This document shows, piece by piece, positions 52,914 to 64,000 of a stretch of DNA of 64,000 bases. The notes under the pieces are model-generated. The model was not told where the DNA came from and did not search any database. It saw only the letters and a list, made by a program, of their open reading frames with translations. Location of the stretch: the NCBI RefSeq assembly GCF_001194135.2, contig NC_068983.1, positions 25,792,594 through 25,856,593 on the forward strand, read 5' to 3'. The position numbers and the translations under genes were made by a program. Position 1 is the first letter of the stretch. Each line of letters starts with the position of its first letter. The stretch comes from Octopus bimaculoides. Lineage: Eukaryota.

Positions 52914-55035
52914 ACACACGCATGCACATGCACACACACACACACATAAATTATTATGGGTGTCTATACACCGCGAACCGTTTTTAAATGCAGGAATTAA
53001 ATATTGCGTAAAATGCAATGTTTTGAATAGAATTTTTAAACCCTTTTAAAAATAAATGTATAACAAAAAAAAAATTGTATCAACTATTATATGCGCACTC
53101 TCTCCTTGTGCTGGTTGCTTTTACAAACTATTTAGTTTGTAAAAATTATATGATCAGTCCTCATACTGCCTGATCATATAATTTTAGTGATGTACTTGTA
53201 CTTACAAGGTAGGTTTCAGTGACTTAAGTTAAAATTTGGTGTTCGCTTGAAAGATGTTAAAAGAAATTTATGTGCAACATCTACACCTTGACAATGATAA
53301 ATTTCTTATTGTTGTACATCCAAAGTAGTAATGCAAGGTTCACTCCTTTGAATTTATTCTCCTGTAAAATGAACATCCATTCAATTTGTTCGAGTTACTT
53401 CAAAACGACGTGTAGGATATACGTTATGCACATTAAATAAGTGCTGAGATAAAACCAATGACAAGTGTGAATATGTAATTCTTTTTGTAACCAGCGTTCA
53501 AACGCTTTGTATTCAGTTGATTTTGTAACCACTGCAGTTATGATGTAAAGTACGATAGTTGCAGGAAACCTATCTATAAGTTAAAAACAAAACAGTGGAT
53601 GCGTGGTAATCTCCTCGTTTGCCACCCAGTATATTCGCATGTATCATATGGTTAGCAGAAACATTATAGGTACCATATCCTGCCCAGTTTGGGCTGACTA
53701 CCAAGCTTATTCTCTGTAGTAAGTTATGGCTATGTAATATTGATTGTGCAAATGAAGTAAACCCGGCCATCTATAATTGCGAATACAAATCACGGCTAGC
53801 CGTACAGACCAAATATGAATAAAGATGGTCATATAAACAACAATTCAACATTGGCAGAATGATCGTCATTTCCAAGAGCCTCTTTAAAAGAAGAGTTACT
53901 CATCATCATTAGCCTGTTTTAAATTTGTCTGATACAGCAGAATAGCTAAGATTTGTCACACATACCAAAAATAAACTGGTGAAAGGGCAAATCGTATTTC
54001 AGAACATGCATACCAACACACCTGACCATCATTCTGATGTTATTGGCAGAAAATGGTATCGTATCTCGTCTTTGGTTTCCTCAGGCTTATCCAGCTCACC
54101 TTCACAGAATATAAGAGGAGTGATACAGCTATCATAAGACATAAAAATATCTGATATGCAAATCACTTTATCGTCCATATATGTACATGTATGTGTTTGC
54201 ATGTGCATTTATTTGACAACATATTTCTATTTACAACAATAGCATTAAGATTCAATTCTACTGCAAGTTATGAATTTTCATCTTATGCACTATGTATATA
54301 TTTCGTGCACTATGTATATCCAAATAAATGCTCAAGTGGAATTTTAAAATAAATACATATTCTTACAGATATACATTGGAAAATGATTAATTAGTTCATA
54401 CGTTTTTGCTTACTAAATTGAATTTAGTATATAGTTGTAAAAATGTGTATAAGAAATATATATATACATTGCAATAGTATTATCGAGGTTTCATGTGTCA
54501 GACAATCATCCTCTAATTGAAGTATACATGTATACATGAGGTCTTTAGGAGTACATATTCATTATGGGTTGGTTAGGAAAACTGAAAGAAAAATGAAAAA
54601 TGACAGTTAACCAAACGCAGATAGGAAATTACTTGGTCTAAGCACTAAACCTGCAAAGAATGGTTATATGGTCAAGATAAAACCACATGTGCTATTTGGA
54701 CACACAGTGAAATACTTCCATCGTACATAATTACTGTATGAGAATTCATGTTTACATGTGACTGTATATGTGCTGTTATATATATATNNNNNNNNNNNNN
54801 NNNNNNNNNNNNNNNNNNNNNNNNNNNNNNNNNNNNNNNNNNNNNNNNNNNNNNNNNNNNNNNNNNNNNNNNNNNNNNNNNNNNNNNNNNNNNNNNNNNN
54901 NNNNNNNNNNNNNNNNNNNNNNNNNNNNNNNNNNNNNNNTACGTACATGCATATATATGTATGTATGTATTTACTGCGTATGTGTGTGTGTCCGTATATA
55001 TGCATGTACGTATATTTGTATTTGTTCTGTGGGTG

Positions 55036-55230
55036 CGAGTGGCCATGCAATGATGCATAAGCAAATAGATTTTGGGATGCAATATGTTCGAATATGTATG
55101 AAACTTGCTCGACAATCATAAGGTCTCGGATTGGAATCCAGGATGAAAGCGTTCATCATTAAGGCCGCAGACCGAAACTAGCTTTGTGAATAAAATTGAA
55201 TAGACGGAAAATTGTCGGAAAATGAATGTC
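55036..55230 (+). mobile_element. Strongly decayed SINE family B copy
   Basis: Residual AAACTTGCTC...CGACCGAAAC-like and TAGACGGAAA segments. Confidence 0.45.
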
Positions 55231-56651
55231 TTATTGCTAGCATCGGGTATCTAAGGTTATATCTGTTAGTTGAATAGTCAATCACATATACACTGCTTCA
55301 GTCACCACATAGTTAAATGAAACGATCAACGGAATTTAGTTTCATATGAAGAAGGTCATTATGCCAATAATCAACACAAGCACTGGTTATAGTTCACTTT
55401 GGAGGCGAGTGGCTTAGTGATTATGGGTGTTGGACATTTTTTCCCCAGATCATTTTATGAATTAACGACAAATATATTGTCTAATTTGTATTATAATTAT
55501 AGTCGTAGAAAATGCAACTAATGTAATGCTCTTAAAAATAGATGGTAGTAAGAAATGTGTACTTGAGTCGTCTAGTGTGCATGGGGGAGTAACCCAACTT
55601 AAATCCCATCTAAACTTCAAGAGCATAGCAAATAACAATAACACAGAAGGTAACGATATAAAACAGAATAATAATACGAGTATTAATGAAAATACACTTT
55701 GTGATTGCATGGATAGTAGTAATTGTTTGTTTAAAAATTATTGTAAAAAAACAAATTCTTTTATGTTGGGGCAACGCAAGATTTTTATCAAGAGACCAAT
55801 ATCTAACAATATTTACTCCTTTAACAATAGGAACAAATCTTCTAGTACCAGCCCCAGCAAATTTATTTGGGACTTAAAAGACAAGAAAAAATAGTTTTTT
55901 TTTCTGTGGAGTAGGAAATTATATGCAGGGCTACTGCTTATAAGTTTAAGTAATTCTTTCTGTTTTCTTTGTTTTGAAGATTTGTAACAAATCCTTTTTT
56001 TCCAGGCGACGCCTACTAAACACGAGAATTGGGACTAGTTTTTCATGTAAATCGCTTCTCAAAAACCTACCATTAGAAATTTTATTTTCATAAATAAATA
56101 AATTATATATTAAACTTGTTACTTTGAATCGGTCGGCGTTTCATGTTTAGTACTTCTATAACCATCTAGAATGAAATAATTCCAAGCAGGTATCATATAA
56201 TTATTAAATATTTAATATAATTAAATAATGATAATTTAATATTAATACTTCAGCTTATAAACAAGGAAAATTTTTCATGTATTTACGAATGTTTATGGTA
56301 TTCGAAAAACCAGCGTCAGATATAATATTATTATTATAAATAATTAATTATATATTATAATTTCTTGAATTTTAAATCTGTTGATACTTCACGTTTAATT
56401 AAACTAGCGTCTGTAAATAAAAGCAATAAAGAATTCTTAGTAGATATAATATTGATATAAAGATATTAAACGGTAAAAATCTATATTAAGTCTCTTACAC
56501 AGGTGACAGTACTATTGTAATTGTTATAAATTCAATTACGCATATTTCTTATGAATATGTAGTTGATACTTGATAATATAATTTATTAAAAAAAGTTGGA
56601 AGTAAAAGTATTGATTTATAGTGATTGTAGCTATAGTAATCTTTTAATATA

Positions 56652-56865
56652 TAAAGCGGTGATCTGGCGGAAACGTTAGTATGCCGGGCTAAATACTTAT
56701 TTGCATTTCATCTGCCTTTACGCTCTGACTTCAAATTCCGCCGAGATTGACTTTGCTTTTCATCCTTTCAGTGTTGTTAAATTAAGTAGCAATTGCGTAC
56801 TGAGTTCGATCAAATCGACTGGCCTCACCCCCCCCCCAAAAAAAAGTGCCTAGATTAGAAAAGAA
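56652..56865 (+). mobile_element. tRNA-derived SINE family A, full length
   Basis: Approximate reverse complement of 25127-25337. Confidence 0.88.
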
Positions 56866-57616
56866 TATAATAATAATAATAAACATTACTAATTGCATTA
56901 GGTAGCGCTTGAGTTGTCCTTTGTTCACATATTTGTGTCGACCATATCTATTGCACAGAAATATGGATGACTCGATATTGTAAAATGATTAATAATAATT
57001 AGCATCATTTGATACGTTATATTTTTTGCTGGATTCCGTACTTAAAAAATGCATTCGCTAATACATGATGAGTGTTACCGATCTCCCTCCCCTACTCGTA
57101 CTCTCTCTGTCAACCTATGTTTATCCTTCTGTCTCTCTCTATCTCTCTAGCTCCTTCCTAGCTCACCTTAACTGCAACACCACTACCAATGAGAACTACA
57201 TGTATAACAAACACGTGCCCACAGCTATATAATATGTATTTGTTTATAAGTATATACATGTACCTATAACAGTTTTTTTTTAAATACATACATTTACAAT
57301 ACGTGTACATCTGAGTTTGTCAAGGGTCGAACAACACGTTTGAATGTAACCCCTTTCTGGAAATTTCTCCCCTGATGAATTACCTAATCAGCCAGTTTTA
57401 ATTTGTAAATTTTAAATTATTTTAATATCTCTAACTGAACTAATTAGTTATGGAAACAGATGTAGGGATAAACATTTCATTTTATATTAACTGGAATATC
57501 TTTGAATAAAGTGATAATAATAGCTATATTTCTTGAACGTAATTTAGGAACAGATACAGAAATAAACACACAATTCAACTTTTGCACTGGTTAAAAAGGA
57601 TAACCATCTACTAATG

Positions 57617-57815
57617 GTATATCGCATGAAAATATGAATGCATGAAGATGATGACTCCGATGCTCACGGACGCTACGGTTATTACGGATACTACAGACTA
57701 CACTATAATCATCCCAGTAATATGGACTGAGATCGTAAGTGATATGTGATTTGTGGAAACGCGCGTAGTGCTACATTAAATGTTTATAAATACCATCCAA
57801 AAATTATTATTGTTA
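57617..57815 (+). repeat. Second, more decayed copy of the 37020-37190 element
   Basis: Shares CCGATG..., GTGATTTGTGGAAACGCGC(G)TAGTG and ATAAATxCCATCCA with the reverse complement of 37020-37190; the CTGATGA core is eroded. Confidence 0.7.
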
Positions 57816-58180
57816 TTACAACTATATTTATGTTACATTATATCATTACAGCTTGATGCAACACTAAAAAACTGATTTACCAGTGAGCATCATTAGTCTG
57901 TGATCGGCATAATGGAATAGGAGCTTTATTGCATATTTAAAACGTTTCTCGTAAACGAGTTTTATATATACTTCATTCTGCTATAATGAATCCATAAACA
58001 CACATAAAACATCTAAGGGTATATTTTTTTTACCTCTGAAGCTATTATACTCAGGTCATATAAATTTAACATTTACTTAATATTTACAACTGAAACAGCT
58101 GTAAGGGATGATAATTAATCTGCTGTTAATAATTATCAATTATTTAACGTCTCAATCTCCATTTTGTTTTCCTTCTTTTC

Positions 58181-58228
<48 letters not shown>

Positions 58229-58248
58229 ATAAATATATCTCCTGTTAT

Positions 58249-58308
58249 AAGTGACCAGTGGTTTCGCATCCATAAAGCGCTTATCGTTATAGATGACTCA
58301 TCAGACTC
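58249..58308 (-). ncRNA. Type I hammerhead ribozyme motif
   Basis: Minus strand: GAGT-CTGATGA-G T CATCTATAA (11 nt) TTATGGATG C-GAA-ACC ACT GGT-C-ACTT. Intact core, 10-bp stem II with one bulge, 3-bp stem III, 4-bp stem I, triplet GUC. Confidence 0.8.
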
Positions 58309-58418
58309 CAATTGGTGCGAGCATATAACCACAGAAGGGATGTTATATGCCCGAGGCTATTGGTGTCTGATGAGTCGTCTGTAGATCTAAGCGCCTTATG
58401 GATGCAAAAACATTGGTC
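58253..58418. repeat. Palindrome of two outward-facing hammerhead copies with an inner hairpin
   Basis: 58253-58312 is the approximate reverse complement of 58359-58418; inner hairpin GCATATAAC/GTTATATGC. Confidence 0.92.
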
Positions 58419-59415
58419 TCTCTATGACCGGACATTACTGTTTTAGAGGGTACTACTTTTTCAGATATAAACTACTGAGTTTGTATATGTATATATATAT
58501 ACATGTTTGCATGTGTGTATGTGTGTGTGTGTGCGCGTGCGTGTGGCCGCGTGTGTGTGTGCATAGAAGCATACACATATATATTTAGAGTGCAAAAGAA
58601 GGAGAAAGAAAGAAATAGATACATAAATAATTAGACAGAGCAATAGATATATGGTTGAAGAGTCGAACAGGTATATTGATAGAAGCTCTACCTGTGGATG
58701 AAGAATATTAAGCACATATTAATCGATTGCTACGAGGCAAGTGATATATAGACACTACAAGTTGAAATCTAAAACCGATAAAAGTTATTTGTAATGAATC
58801 ACACACACACATACACACACACGCATACACACACACGCATACACACGCATAAACACACTTACCAAGTAATATGTACAACCACATGCGATCACATCAGCCT
58901 TACATACATATCGATTCATTCACGCACGTATATACAACAGATAAAGGTTGTGACGCACACACTCACATACACGTAGTCGTATTTGCATAGATTTGCTAGG
59001 GACAGGTTAAAGATTGCACGCATCGAATACACGATTAAGCAAAGCATCCAAGATTTAAAGGCCGAAAATTTGCTGAAGGTAAAAAGAAGTGAGATATGCG
59101 TATTGAAAGTGAACATTTTCTGTACTTACTCGCTCAAAATGTGCACGCACGTGTACAAAAATATGAAAAATGGATGTAAAATCTATAATAAAAAAATCTT
59201 CTAACGTTATGCAATGGTCAAATTTAACTAGCATGCAATTTCTGGATTGCATAAATGCATGTGTGCAAAAGGGTAGATATACTGAAATTTAAACTTGCAA
59301 GGTTATATTGATGTGAACAGTTTAGGTTTGTATAGATATTTGCAAAGTATTGTGATATTAAGAGTTTAGCAAGTACATAGATATGGACTGAAACAAGTAA
59401 ATGATAAGAGATAGA

Positions 59416-59458
<43 letters not shown>

Positions 59459-59550
59459 NNNNNNNNNNNNNNNNNNNNNNNNNNNNNNNNNNNNNNNNNN
59501 NNNNNNNNNNNNNNNNNCACACACACACAGAGATTCAGAGAAAAAGAAAA

Positions 59551-59593
<43 letters not shown>

Positions 59594-60649
59594 CCTACGT
59601 GTGTGGATACATGTGCCTTGTCAAAGAAAACGGCTTACATATTCAAAAGAACACATTGTTTTATTTAGTAGTTTATAGTGTTACAGAATTAAGAAAAATA
59701 AAAAAATAATAAAAAATGAAACGTAACAACGCTGTGATCAAAATATATACCACCAAGTGATAATGGATGAAATGTAGGTATACCCGATGCTGTTTTTTCC
59801 AATCAACAATCATAGATTTCAAACGCAGCCGATAGTGTTGAAAGTTTGAATTTGAAAATGGGAATATAAATATGGGAACGACAAGATACACCGAAATGCA
59901 ACATGGGTGAACGGACTTTGAACGATCACAAGATTTTGGCTTCGGTTTACACAGCTAAAATTTCTGTAAAGCAAATCTAATGCTGATCACAGCACTCCAA
60001 ATATTTTATTACTCTACTTTATAATTTTACAGTTTATTAGTAGTCATTTAAACTCCGTACTCATCATTAGTTTGTTGTCTGCTTCTCTGATAGTAGTCTA
60101 TAATTATTTTCCCTTTCCTTAATCTACTTCTTGACCTTTCTCTCCTCTGCTCACTCTTTTCTTCTGTATCGTAATCTATATCTTTCCTTGTACGTTTTTC
60201 TTCCTTTTCTCTTCAGCTAATTTTATCTCTCTCCTTCGACTTTTTTCTCTGCTCACCTTAACTCATTTCCCTTCTTACGGACATCTTTTTCTTCAGTTCT
60301 TCAATTGGTTGACAAATGGGAAACAGAAACACTTTGTAGCGACTTCTATAGCTTCAAATTTGAATAAACAGTTATTCCATTCTACTGCTCTACAGCACTG
60401 TGCACTTTTATCATATCATACAAATGAAACCTAAAATTGCCTAATACATACATATATACACACACACATACATACATACATACATACATACATGCATACA
60501 TACACTCATGCATACCTACTTACATATATGCATACACACACTGAGTCACACAGTCACACACACATATATATTTCATAGTTCTACAGAGAATTTCCGAAAT
60601 CTTTTCCAGTATCTACCAACAAAATTTAATCGTATTTGACAATTTATCA

Positions 60650-61200
60650 AAAGCATTCTTCAGTTTCAATAGACATATTTATTACATATTTTCTTGAATT
60701 ACGGTGCCTTAGATAAAACTGTCAAATTGACCATCATCATATACGAAGAAGACTATCGAATACAGTGCAAATGGCGGTACACAGTCCACATGAATAATTT
60801 CCCTAATAGCAGATTTCTTTCAAGTTGAAATCTTAGTTTTCGTTTTGTGATTTTGGAGGACTACACCTTTTGGTTAAATTATGAATCCGTCTGGGGAAAA
60901 GGTCTTCATCACATAAAACAGAAACAATAATTACATTTACATCAGGAACGTGTTATCTTTATGGCTTTCAATAAGCTGGTGATCTTCACATCACAGACAT
61001 TCTGAAATTACAGTCGGTCAATTTTTATAGAAAGAAGACAGTATACAGGTCTTTTAACGAACTTAAAAGTCATCTTTCAATATGTTGAGCAGATTTTCAC
61101 AACTAACAGCGGGCAGCGACTTCAAGTAATTTGAGTTTGCTGCTCTTCGCACTGAAAAAGACTTAATCACATGCCAGAAGAAACTAACAGTTTTCAAATC
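60650..61200 (-). pseudogene. Possible Tc1/mariner-superfamily transposase relic
   Basis: Minus-strand fragments VRRAA...ILKDDF, KDNTFL...LCDED and LFMWTV lie in the expected order, but similarity is weak. Confidence 0.35.
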
Positions 61201-63960
61201 ACCTAGTGATCAAGTATGTTCTAGTCAACAATGCTTGCTTTCTTTAATCGATGTGTAGAGGGTATTCTTCTTTTGGAAACGAAACCTAAAGTGTGACGAG
61301 CTTCAAATTTGCTTTGGTATTAAATGCATGAGACTTCTCAGGAAGGTTAAAAAAATCTCATGACGGAAATAGAAAACAAAAGAGATTTATATCCGCATTC
61401 CTCTCATATCTACTGGTATAACAGTCACAGCTATCATGCTATGCATAAGACGATATAGAATGTTATATTTCTAAGACTTTGACACTTTAATAGAAAATAA
61501 AGTGCCATCCACTACATTGAAGCTATTTGCAAAGAAAAGCAAAAGACTATGAAGATTATGTGTTGCTTTCAGAATCTACCGTGGCAAATGAAGACAGAAA
61601 CACAAGGTGCAACAGAGTGAAAGGCATCTTGGTTGCGATTACTTGTAAAATGCTCACACGCACGCTCTCACACACACGCATACATAGATCCATTCATACA
61701 TACAAAGATGCCCTCTCTTTCTCTCACTTTTCTCTCTCTTTCTCTGTCTTTGTTTCTGTCGCTGGATCTATCAATGTACATATACATATATATGTAATTA
61801 TGTTATTTTATAGAATATATGTTATGAGATACGATCTAAAATATGTTTATGGATGAAATTTTGCATGGCACACTTACTCCATTTAACGTATCATCATTAA
61901 CACACGTGAAGAGTAATTTTAAAATCAAAGGTTTGTCTTAACTGGATTTATTTGTAAGCACTTTTATTTATTAAAATAGGCGCAATAATTGCTCCTACAT
62001 AAATCGACGACTACTAAAGAATAGATATACAAAACTTCTACAACTCTATTTAGGATTTCAGAAATTAGATAGTTAGCTATTAAGCAGGACTCTACTATTG
62101 AAGAGATTTCGCTTACGAATGCTTTCGTATCGACTGCAAATGTAGTTACGTCAATTATCCAATCAGCAATATTTCACTTGAAATTACGGATATAACGTTT
62201 TTTTTTTCTACCCTATGATGGTTTACAATCTGATCCCAGTAATTGCAGAAGCATAAATTTGATTTAGCAGAATAACATTTACTTCCCTTAATTTCTTCGT
62301 TGATAATAAAACCATGTGTTGCAATAGTCTATTACAATTACGGAAAGCAACACATTATCATCGCATATTTCGCATAGATTCTAAATCCTATAAATGCTGA
62401 CAAATTTCTTAGATCTTTTCTACGATCCTTCCGATATATTTCAGCAGCAGTTCTGTATGTTAATGAGTTTTAAGGATGTTCTTTACTTCTTCTTGTTGTG
62501 TATATCTAGCTTATCGGTTTCTTTTCTATTGACTTTATAAAGGCTTTTCCTCAAAGTCTATGATCTCCGAATGCGATCAGATATTTTTATTGAGCTTTCC
62601 TCATGATAACTTTGAAGATCTCATTCGATTTTCAGAATACAGCACGTATACATACTTAATTATACATACACATATATACACACACATACACACACCAAAA
62701 AACACACTTATGCGCGCGCATATATGTAAATATATATATAAATATGTATATATATATATATATATTTACATATATGTACATACATATATATATATAGAGA
62801 CATATATATCAATATACCTCTCACTCTCTCTCTATTTCTCCCTCTCTCTCTATATATATATGTGTGTGTGTGTATGACTGTATGTATATATAGATCGAAA
62901 CATATATGTGCGCGTTTGGCTATGTTGATTCATATTGATGGAAGTTTTTCATTCTCTACCCCATTAACTTTCCTCACAGCATTTTAGATATATGAATATT
63001 TATGAAAACTAAATATATCCACCCTATCTTTATCAGTAAAGTCAATTAATATTTTTGGGTCAATTTTCCTGGCTCTTTAAACGGTTCCCCTTTATCGTGA
63101 TTAGATTATTTCTATCATTAGTCCGATATTGAACGTTGGCGCATTGCTGAATACGACGCACGTCTCCTTGTGGAATGAATACGATGCGAATATATAGCTG
63201 AGAATTATATTAGGATCTGAGAAATTATATTCGGTTATAATTGTCGTCATTGTTACAAAAGAGCAATTGCAAGTTAATATTCTTATGTAAGGGATATTTG
63301 TACGTTAGTTTTATCGTTTTCATAGTTTTATAGATAATGAGCTAGTGAAGATAAATTAAATAGTTCAAAGCCGGCGGTGAAAGATATACACAATACAAAT
63401 GGAATAAAATGCCCCATTGTTTTTGACTTGAAATAATGCCAATTTCGCTTGTTCCTTTCATTCCTCAAAGTTCACTAATATACAGAATTTACAATCGATT
63501 ATTTTTCTTTGATTTACATTTCATCAAACGATTGACCAAATGAAGTAGTGATTATTTTAAATGATATTACAACATTAACACCGTAGCGTGTCCTTTCACT
63601 ACATTTATGAGGTATTTGTCCCTTTGAATCATTCTACAATGGTTTTACACAATCCAAATAGAGACGTCCTTTATTCTTCCCAATATAAAAGATACGGTAA
63701 TGGTCTTCTAAATGTAAAGAGTCCTGTAAATAAAACATAAATGAGACTTTCACAGGGCGAGCTACACATCCGTAGGTTGTATAAAAACAATAGACAATAT
63801 AGATGACTCTGAACATTGAATACCCTAACAAACACACACATACACACATAACCGTATACGTATACATATGCATATTCACTGACATCTATCTATCTATCAT
63901 GTATCTATCTATTTATCTATCTGTCTGCCTGTCGGTCAGTCTCTCTCTCTCTCTCTCTCT

Positions 63961-64000
<40 letters not shown>

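Noticed and set aside
63700-63800. Minus-frame YGCVARPVK resembling nAChR RPV
   Set aside because: The following sequence does not match the exon and the splice signals are weak.
35-63885. Most ORFs in the supplied track
   Set aside because: They run through microsatellites (poly-YI, HT, CV, RE) or N gaps and carry no recognisable domain.
1-64000. CRISPR arrays, rRNA genes, prokaryotic operons
   Set aside because: No regularly spaced repeat-spacer array or rRNA-like sequence; the window is eukaryotic intronic DNA.

Overview
AT-rich, microsatellite-dense eukaryotic DNA with about 16 assembly gaps. The repeat content suggests a cephalopod (Octopus-like) genome; this is inference. The only host coding sequence I can support is a 45-bp minus-strand exon (6014-6058, DEVNQVLTTNVWIEQ) of a nicotinic acetylcholine receptor-type subunit, so most of the window is probably intron. 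The rest is decayed mobile DNA: several tRNA-derived SINE families, three mariner copies (one full length with TIRs and a TA target duplication), a mariner MITE, RTE LINE fragments, a probable Gypsy integrase relic and a Penelope-like GIY-YIG tail. The most notable signal, which the ORF track does not show, is a set of type I hammerhead ribozyme motifs from several unrelated sequence families. Many sit inside long fold-back palindromes as outward-facing pairs. One is fully canonical (43144-43215, minus strand), and one pair carries a compensated A3-U8 core instead of C3-G8 (27316-27452). No activity is demonstrated; all folds were read by hand.
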